The notes under the pieces are model-generated. The model was not told where the DNA came from. It did no database searches and saw only the letters and a program-made list of their open reading frames with translations. Of a DNA stretch of 22,844 nt, positions 10,338-22,342 are shown in pieces; within the stretch, counting starts at the first letter, position 1; the number at the start of each line of letters is the position of its first letter. This DNA is from Macrostomum lignano (lineage: Eukaryota): the NCBI GenBank assembly GCA_002269645.1, contig NIVC01005188.1, positions 1-22,844 of the forward strand. Direction: 5' to 3'. Made by a program: the position numbers and the translations under genes.

Positions 10338-11809
10338 AGGTCTTGTCCCCAGTATTTAGAGCCCGCTCTTAGATTTTTGGGAGCCGATAGGGGAAATGCA
10401 GGACATTCGTGGGAATTCAGCTCCCACCCGACCCCTATAATTGCATGCCTTCTCCGCTGATGTCAGATCAGAATTGGCAGCAGCCGACCAGCTCAGGCCT
10501 GCCATCACGGAATTTGCTTGACATTTTACATTTTATTCTATCCTTTTGAGCTTGTCTATCAACCAGGTTAGTCTATAAATTATTGATTTTATCACCTGCC
10601 ACTCTTGTCTTCACTATAGAGACAAACAATGCCCCAGAACTGCCTAGGGTTTTTTCTATTGTATTTCCATCTTCCAGGAACTTTCAATGGACTCTTTCCT
10701 CTCTCGTGTTCCCTCACTAGTCGTGCGCGATAAAGTTGGCTAAAAACGCAAGCTAAACTACTAAAATAATACTTGTACTTACCGAGGTAATGCAAGCAGA
10801 TGCCCTGTTTCGATGCTTCAATGAAAACACTTCGCAGCGAAAAGCTTTTTGACTAGTAACTGGTTGATAAATCGAGTTCAGATGAGACTTATTCGAGTTT
10901 CCAGTTTGCCGTTGCTCCGTTTGACTTCTGGAGGAGCCGCCTGTATAGCGAGGCTTTCGGGACTCAAACCTCAGTGGCTCTTTACGTAACCCAAGGAGGC
11001 GAGGTGGGGCTCCGACTGACTGACAGGCCAGCGCAGGGGGAGTTGACTGAGTCTATAATATGGGCTTGTTAGAGATTGCAATCTTGAGCCCTCCTGCTCA
11101 GTCGAATGCTCCGTGTGTTTGGTGCCTCCGATATATATTTGATGCTATGGATAAAGATATCCAGCCAAACACGACACGACCAACCGCGGAGAGGGAGGGA
11201 GAGAAAATACAAAGGCCGGCTTTTTGATATGCCAGAGACCTTGTGACAGGTGGATAAAGAAGGGCTCGGGGAAATATATGATATAAGCGCGGATTCCTTG
11301 CCGCGTGTGTAATGAGGGGGCAGCAGAAACACGATATGGCTAGCAGCTACCAAGCACGCGAGTGAAAGCTGCTTCTCCAATGTTGTGGACCAGGCTGAGC
11401 GCAAAAGCTCAATATATTCGAACAGAATTTTCTCTTGTCTGTTCAAAGCACTGGAGGGAGAAGGTTGGGGGGGCTACTTTCTGGGTCTTCTGCGTAGCTG
11501 TGGTTGGCTAGACTACCTATTCTAACTTTACCTGTTCATGATAATACTAGGCAAAGCATGGAACAGGGCTCCTCTATGCAGAGGAGCGCCCTATTGGCTG
11601 AGAGGCCAATACATGCTTAAGCAACAAACTGGCAAAAGTTTAGTCAAAATCTCAAATTTCTAGTATCTAGTGACTTACTGTTTCACGTTGTCTTTATTGG
11701 CATTGTTTTCCTTTCAATAGGCCGTTAGTAATTAGAAAAGATAGGCAGGTGCAGTGGGATCGCGTGGATCGGAAAGGCTGAAACGCCAGATATGCTACTT
11801 AGGGCAGTC

Positions 11810-12615
11810 CCATAAAGACAGCTCCCATTTCCTAAGAAAAAACTCCCAAGGACAGCGCCCTTCCTCAGGGACAGTGTCCTTCCCCAAAGACAGCGCCATT
11901 CTTCAGGGACAGCGTCCTTCCCCAACGACAGCGCCCTTCCTCACAGTGTCCTTATACCCAAAGACAGCGCCCTCCTCAATGACAGTCCTTACCCAAAGAC
12001 AGCGCCTTCCTCAGGGACTGCAGTGTCCTTACACAAAGACATCGCCATTCTTCAGGGACAGCTTCCTTCCCCAACGACAGCGCCCTTCCTCACAGTGTCC
12101 TTATACCCAAAGACAGCGCCCTCCTCAATGACAGTCCTTACCCAAAGACAGCGCCTTCCTCAGGGACTGCAGTGTCCTTACACAAAGACAGCGCCATTCT
12201 TCAGGGACAGCGTCCTTCCCCAACGACAGCGCCCTTCCTCAGGGACAGCGTCCTTCCCCAACGACAGCGCCCTTCCTCACAGTGTCCTTATACCCAAAGA
12301 CAGCGCCCTCCTCAATGACAGTCCTTACCCAAAGACAGCGCCATTCTTCAGGGACAGTGTCCTTCCCCCAAAGAAAGCGTCATTCCTCAGGGACAGTGTC
12401 CTTACCCAAAGACAGCGCCATTCCTCAGGGACAGTGTCCTTACCCAAGGAGAGTGTCCTTCCCCAAGGACAGCGCCACTCCTCAGGGACAGTGTCCTTCC
12501 CCAAGGACAGCGCCATTCCTCAGGGACAGTGTCCTACCCAAGGAGAGTGTCCTTCCCCAAGGACAGCGCCACTCCTCAGGGACAGTGTCCTCCCCAAGGG
12601 AGAGCGCCCTTCCCA
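11810..12615. repeat. Hierarchical satellite: about 18-19-bp monomers (CCCAAAGACAGCGCCATT / CCTCAGGGACAGTGTCCTT) with a 149-bp higher-order repeat
   Basis: The anchor AAAGACA(G/T)CGCCATTCTTCAGGG recurs at 11886, 12035 and 12184 (period 149). The right part is a simpler alternation of the two monomers. Confidence 0.93.
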
Positions 12616-15600
12616 CAGCATCTTGCATGTAAATTTTCCAGGTGGTTACAAATTACGAGTATACGAGTAGAGCACTTTCAAAAGATTCAATTTGCAACTG
12701 TTAATAGAAAGGTCCGTACAATGGTAACATACATGTAAATGCACTTAGTGGCTGAGTCATCTAAATCGTACAAAAAACCGCACCGCATGCGCATCAGATT
12801 AGGATTATTACAAGCTTATTAAAACTTTGTTAATGAAATAGCTTCGAGTGACTGTCGATTAAAGCTGGTAAAACCTAAGAGTTGTAAGGCTACTGCACTT
12901 GTTGCAAGGCAATATTATGCGCTTTCTATTTGAATTGAAACTGTATCACTTGGCGTCTATACTGTAAGTTGTAAATTCATCATACAGAAGATGCAAATTA
13001 AAAAAAACTCCATTTCACAATGTGTAGAGCAAATGAGAAAAAAATCTAGACTAAAATGGCATCCTTTTAAAGGATATATTTTATTGCAATTTTCAAATGC
13101 CTTCCAGTCTATACGAGCGTATTAAGATACTCAGATATACCCCTATATTGCGTAAATATTTATATAGCCATGCGCATGCACTTGAAAATAAAAGAAACAT
13201 ATATGTAATCTACAAAAACTAAAAAACATAAATTTGTATACTTCGGCGACTTAAGCAGTAGGATTGGGGTAGAATTGGAGCTCAAAAAACCTCAGAAACT
13301 CGAGAGAGAAAACCTGCCGTCTCATCAGCAACTGAATTGAATGGCTGGGCAAGACTGGAGAGAGGGCAGGCAATGTGAGGCATAGAGAGAAGCTGTGTGT
13401 ATTCCAAGCGAACCAAATAAATGCTGCACGCAGTGACTGCCAGTCTTTTGGTCGCCAAGCTGCTTCACAGACACTGTATAAGCTTAGTGAGCGATGGCAA
13501 GGGACAACACTAACTCGCTTTGAGTAGACAAATCTGTTACATTGTTCTCGAGTTTACTAGAACAAGAATTTCATGCATGACTTATATAGCTAGTTAACCA
13601 TCCACCCCGCCCTCTACCTACAAAATTGGTGCGTTCTTTCAATTGCTGCCTATCTCTGCTCCTTGTTTTTTGCTTGTTCAAATTGAGTTTGCATACACCG
13701 CAGAGTTGGATGATTTACGGCTACACACAATGCGTATAGTAGTAGTCTGTTGCAAGTCAATGCAGCTCGCAGTTTGCTTGCTGGAGCTTCTGGCTGAGTT
13801 CTACGAGCTACTTTTGGGTTGACAGACTGGCGTGCCTAAATAATAGACAGTAGTTTGAGAGGACATAGCATGCGCTCGTAATGACGCATCCTGCAAGTTA
13901 AGCAGAATTAGCCGTGGTTAGTACTACTCAGCTGTGTCTGCATGTGAGACACATGAGCAAGTGATGAATTAAGCTGAGCTGCAGTGGCAAAAACCGACTC
14001 CAGCGATCCCAACAGTCTCCAATACTGTATTTACGTACGAGTCGCTTACCAGTACAAAGCATTAATATTGGCTGCATACCTGACGAAATCTATTTGGCAG
14101 ACGTATATCTGTGTGTTTTATTTCCTGTATCCTTCTCAATCTAATAACTAAACTATTGATTTGAATTCAAGGTTGAAATCAACACAAGCTAGGTGCTATA
14201 GGATCTAATTGGCAACACCATTTACATCATTTTGCTAGAATGCTTTCTTATATATAATAAGTATTCATGCCCTATTCAAAACCAGATTCCAGCACTAAAA
14301 TAACAATTTAGCTCGTAGAAGCATTCAACATATAGACTACTTATTATCAGTAGCATGCAAAACAATCACAAACTGAAACAAAAAACATGCAAATGAAGTC
14401 CAAATCAGTTTCCGGGATTAAATACCTGTTACAGTCTGACGAAAACAAACAGTATACATTTATTTTGTGCACTTAATTTAGTAAATTGAAATTCATACGC
14501 AAACTCATTATTAATTGATTGGTGCAGGTTTTGCGAGATAAAAAGTTTATTTGCAAAAATACGGCAACGGCGACAAAGAAAGAGTTATATAGTTACACGC
14601 GTGTATTATAAAGAGCTTATAGGGTCAGTGTACACTTGTTCGACACTTGTCTTCTCCAGCATGGTTTGCTGTTAGTCGCAATATGCTAATTGCAGTTAAA
14701 AACAGATTCATATCAGTGCTGTTAGTGAAAGGCGCGCGTACAGACTTGAAAAAGATCATAAAGACTATATAACAGTTTAATACATTTATACACAATTGCG
14801 TAATCTCATGATACGAATTGACGCAGTTTTAGATCAAATAACAATTATGGATAAACTCTCTTAGGGTGTAATATTGAAGACTTATGTAAAAGACGGTGCA
14901 AGCTAAGCTAATATTTAGCAATAAAAACATCTCACAATCAATTACAAGCTTTTCGATTTTGAATTCACATATCGTGAACAAGTGCTACTCGTATGCTAGG
15001 CAAATAAGCGAATCAATGTAAGCATAATCGCGTAATAGTTCTCAAAGCATTAGTGAGAATTAGCAACATGATTAGAGACCAAAAATGAGACTCCAAAAGC
15101 ACTGAAAACATGGGCTTCTGAGTAGCTTGCAAGCTAAATAGTTATATACGATGCCGAATTACTTGCATTTTAATTTGATCAACAGAAATTTTATATATAG
15201 TATATATACAATAGTAATAAATACAAGTATATAGATTTTTCTAAGCACAGGCGCAAAGCTCTACTGCAAGAAGTAGGCATGCAAGACCAGTTTAGTGTAA
15301 AAAGCAGTAATAGTTATATAATAGGCAATGTAAAGCAGTGGAGCAAAGTATGAAACAATCATTGAAAGTACATTTGTTGCAAGAATTTCAATCCGTTTGT
15401 ACTAGCTCATTCAACAGCAGATTTCAATCCTAAAGGTGAAAAGCAGCACATAAGACAGGAGCCACAGTAGTCAGTTTCGGGCGCTGATTGATGTACTGCT
15501 GGAGGCCACTTTATGCTGCAGAATGCATTAGCGAGATTAATAAACTTGTGAACAAACCTCGCACCAACCTTAAGCTCCGTTTGTAATTCGGAAGTCCACA

Positions 15601-16904
15601 AGGGTGAGATATCGAGAATTTTAATACTAAAATGAATAATTCCAATCTCGCTAATGCATTTTACAGCAATCATTGGCCTTCTGTGTTAGCTATGTTAGTT
15701 GTCCATGAGTAACACAACGAAGAGTTGAATAAAACTGTCCCCAAAAACATGATGAGCTTTGCATCATTAGGCATTGCAATAATAATGCATAAACATATTC
15801 GCATTTTATTCAACAATACCTGTAGCTCAGCAAAGAAAATATGCTATAAATTTTGCTCAAGCCTCGGTGAAATAAAACAAACGACACGAATGCAGCATTT
15901 GAATAGAATCAATCTTTCAATTAGCCTAAAGGTTTTAACAAATCTAGAAAGGGCGCCATCGAAAAGACGGTGTTTTAATCTACTGAGTACTGAGAACCAA
16001 AGCTTTGATAATATGAGAATAGCAGAGCCGCAACTGCACAGATAAGACTGAACAGACAGGCGAATTAAAGCAGACAGTTGCTAGCCTATCTGTTGATTTC
16101 ACACAGAGATAAGCTACTGTTGATTAAAACCAAAGTCCTGACAAGAGAGAAACGAGATAATCTACAAAAAAGCACACAGTTGGGTAAGCGCCGCATCGCT
16201 TGCAGCGGAGAATTCAGTTTAATTTTGCGCAACTGGCGCCAATAAAGGGCAGCACGAAATTATAAAGGGCTGAAAAGCAAGCAGAAATTCTGCGAACCGT
16301 GACCTGCGTACGCAGTGCAGTCAGGCGCTTCAGCTTACCGACAAGACATTAGGCTACTGCTGCTCGCTGAAATGTTCCAGCCCACCCAGCAAGTCAGTGC
16401 CCGTTGCCCGATAAATATTTCCTACGCAATTCGAGTCCGGACTATTCGCTCCAACATAATCTGGCTTAATGTCATACTGGGCCATACTTCTTCACAGCTC
16501 TCATTCTGAATTCTGATCAGAAAATCTCATCAGTTCAAAAGAGAGAAACCCGAACCCCAAATCCGCCTAGACACGCGCATGGATGACAAATATGCGTTTT
16601 CATTGCAGCATACACGCGAGACAATTCCAAATTATTTCAAATTCATAACCAAGCTTGTCTCGAAGTGGGTGGCAGGCTGAATCCGACTGTTTCTATGCTC
16701 AAAAAGCAATTATTATGGTTGAATGTCCTTGTTCTGTAACATCACGATTGAAACGCAAATAAAGCCTGGCAGATGCTTGATACGTATCATCAACAAAAGC
16801 TCATTGGTGTTACTACTATTACTATAATACATAATATACATATACTTGCCCAACTTAAAACAACACACTTTCAAGCAGGAGCCTCACAGAGAGCGCACAC
16901 ACAG

Positions 16905-18278
16905 CTACGCCAACTGAGAATCTCTAGACCGCTCGTAGGGCAAAAACGAATACGTGATATTCATTCGATAGCACTTCACAATCAGTTTGTACACAGTGTG
17001 CCTGCTTTTAATTTGAACGCTCATAGCCGTGAAGAATGCCAAGAAGAATAGAATGCCGGACACAAGAGTCAAGGCTTCGTAGCCAGTCAGAACCAGCGGA
17101 GTCGGCGGCGGTTGGTGCGGATGCTGCGGCGGCAGAGGTTGCTGCTTTGAAGCGGCTTCCGAGGCCGCGCCAGGCGACGCAGAAGCAGACGAAGCAATAG
17201 AAGAGGAAGAAGCAGAAGTCACCAGCTGCTGCTGCTGAACAGGCCGGTCCCGATCGCGCACAAAGCACATGACCGTGATCACAGCGCAAGCGGTCATGAC
17301 TAGCAGACAGAGCAAGAAGATGAGATGCAACACTCGGTCTCCTCGCGACACCCGAGGCATTCTCCAGCCGCCGTTAGCGGCCAAGCTGAATTTCGCCCGC
17401 CGCCTGTACTCATAATTACACAGCTCGCATCGCGGCGGCGACCTGCCGTTTCGTCGGCGACCGCCTCGATGCCGACGGCGACGTTCGGCTTCAGCGGCCG
17501 GATCGAGGGAGCGGCGGATCCTGGCTGAGGCTTCAATCCATTTGGCTAGGCAGGCCGGGTGCACGTGCTGCAGGGTGCCGGAGCAGCGGCATGGCGACAG
17601 CAGCAGCCGGTTGTTCGCGCCGCTGACGCTGGCCGCGCCGCCACCGCTGCTGGCCTCGTCGCCTGGCAGATGGCAGATCCGGCAAAACGGCTTAGAGGCG
17701 CGGCCGCCCCCGCCCTGGCCTAGTAGCGACTCGTAGCTGGAGTATTCCGAATCATCCGGTAGAGGATATTTCGGGCGGCCAGTTGGGAAGCTGCCGCCGG
17801 CGCAGCCGCCGCTAGTGCCAGCAATGGCTACAGACGGCGTTACAGTTGGCTGCTTTGACTGCTGCTCCAGCAGCTGCATCTGTTGGCAACCGGCCGAAGA
17901 GGAACAGCAATTAATAATTAATGACTCAGGCCAGGCCGTTGCTGTGGAAACAGAGATACCGGTGGCAGCAGTGGTCTCAGCAGACGAAGATTGACCAGCC
18001 TCAAGCGAAGACGGCATCGGCGCAATGACCGACATGGGGAGTACAACAGATGCAGAAGCGGCATTGCGAACTGACGCCCCAATAGCTGCAGTTTCATTGA
18101 TGTCATCAACGTGCTGCTGCGGATGCTGTCGGTGTTGGTTGCGACTGCTGCCACTTCGATCACGCCGGCGCTGCCTGCTGCGGTGACGGTGGCGACCAAG
18201 ACTGCTACTGCTGCGGCTGCTGTCGCTGCCACTACTGCTAGAGTAGGTCTCGGAGCCACTGCTGCTGATATCGGCCAT
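16905..18278 (-). CDS. MARCH-family (RING-CH / RINGv) membrane E3 ubiquitin ligase, 457 aa, single coding exon
   Basis: C4HC3 motif CRIC...[19 protein letters not shown]...CELC at 17684-17418, followed by two hydrophobic segments ([25 protein letters not shown]; [22 protein letters not shown]) and a YKLI Yxx-phi motif after TM2. The ATG is in a strong context (AAAGCCATGG). The N-terminus is Ser/Arg/Gln low complexity. The specific paralogue cannot be assigned. Confidence 0.93.
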   Translation of the reverse strand: MADISSSGSETYSSSSGSDSSRSSSSLGRHRHRSRQRRRDRSGSSRNQHRQHPQQHVDDINETAAIGASVRNAASASVVLPMSVIAPMPSSLEAGQSSSAETTAATGISVSTATAWPESLIINCCSSSAGCQQMQLLEQQSKQPTVTPSVAIAGTSGGCAGGSFPTGRPKYPLPDDSEYSSYESLLGQGGGGRASKPFCRICHLPGDEASSGGGAASVSGANNRLLLSPCRCSGTLQHVHPACLAKWIEASARIRRSLDPAAEAERRRRHRGGRRRNGRSPPRCELCNYEYRRRAKFSLAANGGWRMPRVSRGDRVLHLIFLLCLLVMTACAVITVMCFVRDRDRPVQQQQLVTSASSSSIASSASASPGAASEAASKQQPLPPQHPHQPPPTPLVLTGYEALTLVSGILFFLAFFTAMSVQIKSRHTVYKLIVKCYRMNITYSFLPYERSRDSQLA

Positions 18279-18383
18279 GGCTTTGAGTAGCTTAGTATTT
18301 ATATTTTTTGGAGTTAGTTATCCAGTTCTCTAGCTCTGCTGTTGGCAAGTTCAGGTCTCACTGTTCAAAAAATTCTTGGAGAT

Positions 18384-18412
18384 CTGAGGAAGTGGGAAGA
18401 AGCGAAGAGTTA
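18384..18412 (-). promoter_or_regulatory. Candidate 3' splice acceptor in the 5' leader of the MARCH gene
   Basis: The minus strand reads ATAACTCTTCGCTTCTTCCCACTTCCTCAG|ATC: a long polypyrimidine tract plus CAG, 105 nt upstream of the ATG. Confidence 0.5.
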
Positions 18413-20389
18413 TTCAGACTTTTTAAAAATGATCAAGCACTAGAAGTAAAATAATACAGAGCATTACAAAACAAATTTTACAATTTCTTGCTTTGTTTAA
18501 CAATTAGATTATGCACTTGAAGGGAAGAAAGAATGAAGGCAAGAAAGTAAGGAAAAAGAGGAAAAAATAAAAATGAAAGAAAAGAAGCAAATACCAAGTT
18601 ATAGCATCCAACAAAAGGTATTTATATTGCAGCCAGAGGCAACTAATTTGCAGTCTGTAATAACTAATTTGTAGCATGTGACAAATAATCTGCAGCCTAT
18701 AACAACTAAGTTTAAATCAGAAGGTATTCATTGAATATAAACAATTAACAAAAAGATTATTCATAGTCAAAAACCATACATTTTTTTAATTTGAGAATAA
18801 AGCTTTTTTATGAGTAGGCTTAAACAAGAAAGTTAGTTGTAGTTGATCAACTTTGGCAAATAGTTTATGGGAGAGTTTAATAAAAAGGGATAAAAAAGTC
18901 ACTTATGCTTAAAAGCTTAAGTAAAATTAATTCCATTCATTATAATTATACTTATATAACACAAAGTTGGATGCCATCACTGATATCAAATGAGCTACCA
19001 AACTATATAACCAATGTATAAGAAATCAAACTTGATATACAAATTATGATTATATGAATTGATAACATTGTGAACATGCCTTTAGCAACTATTATGTTTG
19101 TTTAAATTGTGCTCAATCAAGTTCTTAAATTTGATCATTGGTAGAACTATCCTTGATCATTCCATTATACTTCGTATAAATATATAAATATATAATCAAG
19201 CTCAATTGTGAGTTTTCAATGTTCAAATATGTATTTGCAAGGTGGTCAATGAATTTTTTGTTAAAAGCTATATTAGGCCTAATAATATAGTGTATTTTCT
19301 ATTATTTTTTGCTAAACTGATCACTTTCTTTTATCAAAATAGGGTTTATGTATTTATTTTTTATAAAAACAGAAATTCACTTTTACCAAAATGTCTTTTG
19401 CCAAAATTTCTTTATGACTGGTTTTTCAGTTCCAGTTCCCAAATCGTACTTTAAAATCCCGCCGTAACGGAATAACTTACAACGCGTATTAAAACAAATG
19501 TTTACTGCTTTATGAATGAAGTTGACATTAATGTTTTAAAAAATGAATAAAATACAATATAATTGAAACATTTTCTTATTTAATTTATATTTTTTGGTAG
19601 AAACAAGTACTATTATAGAGGCGAATATTAAAAAAACCATGGTTCGATCTCAGAGCTCAGCTCAATCTAGATCATTATCGTTGTGTGATAATGTGACGAT
19701 AACAATATGAAGTAAGAACTCTTCTAAATATGATAAAAATAAAAAATTAATATGCAGAATGAATAAACAAAGAAACTAGTAGACATTTATAAAAAATGTT
19801 TTGTTATTTTTACACTTGATAAAGACAGTAGTTAACTACAATTAAGTTAACTGCAATTACTTTTGAGACAGGCATTAATAGTAGCTCTAACACTTTTAAA
19901 TTTTACTCGTTTCATGTTTGCCTTTCTTAGAAAACCTTTATTCAATTCCGCGCGAAGTATATATATTTGTTTAAATGTTGTGTTTTGCAAAAATATTTCC
20001 GCGATCATCATTTTGTTTAAATTGTAACGAATTTCTGTATAAATAGACGTGCTGAGCAGGATTGAAGAGGCAACCATTTGCCGCCTCTCGGTTTCTAATA
20101 AGCAAACGTAGTCCATTCTAAATATTACAATTGCTCAAAGGCTTAGTCAATTGCTTAGAGTAAAGATCCTCATATTAAGAGTAATACTAGACTGCTAGAA
20201 GCGAGAATCACCTCAGGCAATAACCTCAGAGAGGATATAAACCGCCTCAGGGCAGGAAAGATCACCTCAGGGCAGGAAAAACGCATAGAGCTGTGACCCT
20301 CTGATCCAGGGAACGCCCAGGACTGAGAGATAGTAGAGTTGGACAGTGCCAGTAGACCGCTCAGGCTAAAAGTACAACAGTACATGTGT

Positions 20390-20497
20390 AGACGCTACCA
20401 ATAGAAGTAGATAAGTAGACGCTACCAATAGAAGTAGATAAGTAGACGCTACCAATAGAAGTAGATAAGTACATTACGCTACCAATAGTAGTACATT
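20390..20497. repeat. 27-bp tandem repeat (AGACGCTACCAATAGAAGTAGATAAGT), 3 perfect copies plus 1 degenerate
   Basis: Units start at 20390, 20417 and 20444; the partial unit is at 20471-20497. Confidence 0.92.
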
Positions 20498-21358
20498 TAT
20501 ACAAAAGTACATTAAGTAGAGAGGCAGAGGTTTAACTCTAGGACAATTTTAGTGACAACTTGGAACCAGTGGTGGGATTCCATATTGTACAGGAACACCG
20601 CTAGCACAGCTTTTAGTGACAGCTGTGGAATCATTTAGAGACAGAAGAATCACCACTGTAACAACTTGGTGGCAGCTCATAAGATCGGTAACTAGGCAAA
20701 GGCTAACGATTAGGAAGACAGAGCGAACAGGCCTAGCACAGCTTGGTGGCATAACGGTGGGATTCTCATAGAGAGCCAAAAGGCCTAGCACACTTTGAAC
20801 TCAAAAATATTGTGGTAAATTAATAAATTAACTAATAGCAATGCAAATAATGGTTTCAATTGACGCCAAAAAAATTGTAAAAGTTAAAGGTCCTTATAAA
20901 ACATGGGTTTTGAATATTACATGTGAAATAAAAATATTGAGATAAAAGTATAAGATAGGATACATGTAATTTATAAGATTATGATGTTACTTCTCCAGAA
21001 GAATATATGTAATTGTCATAAAAATTCTATCAATAATTTAATATAGTCAATAGGTAAATTAATCCAATAGTGCACCTTCATTCATTAATCATTAATTAAT
21101 TGTAATTTCTCTACAGACACCTATACTAATCTAATTGATCAAATATTAAACATGTAAATATGTTGCACAATTAGATATAATTCTTAACTTGCATGTGATC
21201 AGGGCTGAGCACGTCGCTATGGATTTTATGGTGGGGACAAAGTCAAGAATTCTAAGTGACAAAATTCCTACATTATTTTTTATAGCGGTGTTTTTAACAC
21301 TCAATTTTATTGCCACACAGACACTCATTTTGTTCGCTTTTTCATAGCTTTCACTCAG

Positions 21359-21437
21359 GCAAGGGGGGATATACGCACAGTTGTCCCGATGTCAGCCCCT
21401 GTCCCGCGTGGTGACGCGGGCCCTTGCATGTGATTAT
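21359..21437 (+). ncRNA. GC-rich structured element, possibly a degenerate HDV/CPEB3-like ribozyme
   Basis: Perfect hairpin CCCGCGT-GGTG-ACGCGGG (21403-21420). GGGGGAT can pair with AGCCCCT (P1-like, 1 mismatch). ATACGCACA can pair with TGTGATTAT (P2-like, 2 mismatches). P3 and J4/2 are non-canonical. Confidence 0.3.
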
Positions 21438-21711
21438 GCATTTAAAGGTACAATTTCGTAAAATGAAACAATGTACAAGCTGGAAATAATTGCACATGAA
21501 TTGAGTCTGTACGCGCCAGCATGAACCTCGGAAAAATAGGAAATTAAAGTAGTTACAACTCTGTGAAAGGCTCGGCCTTTACTCAGCATTTTTTAGGATT
21601 TTTAATTATTATGGCATTCGATTCAGTGCTAAGAGTAACACTTCATTTTGTCCTACGAACCTGTCAAGTCCCCAGCAGCTAGTTGACGCCATCATATCGC
21701 TGTATGGTGAT

Positions 21712-22097
21712 ATGTCAGCTCCGCTGGGATATCGGCTCACTGAGATGGTCATATGCCAGCGCCTCAGTCTTTCAGCATGTTGACAAATAGGCCGACACTT
21801 TGATGCCACCTCGACCAACCTTAATCTAGCGCTGTGCGCCATCAACAGTTAAGGACAGGAGTGTGAGGTCGTCGGCGTAGCCCAGAACTGCTCAGGCGCT
21901 TCTTGTTGTGGCGGCGACCAATGTGTCTGCACAGCAGGAAGCCATCGCCTGCTGAAGGGGGTCCATTCCGAAGCTGCACAATCCATGCCAGGAGCAGCAC
22001 GAAGAGGAACGGAGCTAGAATGTGTCGCTCTGTCTAGCACTCCTAAACGAGGTTTCAGACAGGTCAGACAGGCTGTCTGCCGTCACCACAGCGTAAT
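21712..22097 (-). other. 386-bp internal inversion of the RTE RT core
   Basis: The GVLQGD-like and YADD motifs are on the minus strand while the upstream and downstream motifs are on the plus strand. Flipping 21712-22097 restores LYGD..AVVTAD at one junction and IPAELTCCGADGQ at the other. An AT dinucleotide sits at both breakpoints. Confidence 0.8.
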
Positions 22098-22342
22098 GCT
22101 GCGGCGCAGATGGGCAGACGACCAACCTCGCGCGCTATCAGCAGTTCACCTTGACAGTCTAATGCCCAACGTTGAGGATGAAATTCAGCGATGCAGATCT
22201 AGATCGAGAGGACTTGCCTAGACGGCCTACCAGTCAATTTGCGTCATCCTTCAGTCCAAAGCGCCCTGCCCGATCGTCAGAGCTAGGGCTCGGCTCATGA
22301 GACTGTGTTGCTCAACAACGCTGCAGAGACGTGGATGTTCAA

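Noticed and set aside
6566-10437. TAGGGGTCGG at 6566 and its reverse complement at 10428-10437 as TIRs of a hAT element that captured noggin-like
   Set aside because: Only 10 bp match, the subterminal sequences differ, and the 8-bp flanks (CTGTACTT vs TAATTGCA) are not a TSD.
11810-12615. CRISPR array, or hammerhead ribozyme array (CTGAGGA on the minus strand)
   Set aside because: There are no unique spacers or cas genes and the context is eukaryotic. The hammerhead GAAA and stem II are absent. CTGATGAG at about 13321 and 16527 (minus strand) also lacks a downstream stem II plus GAAA.
16773-18259. Alternative-frame and antisense ORFs across the MARCH gene
   Set aside because: These are GC-rich shadows; only the 457-aa frame has domain motifs.
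19847-20116. 89-aa ORF in AT-rich DNA as a transposase fragment
   Set aside because: No catalytic or family motif is identifiable.
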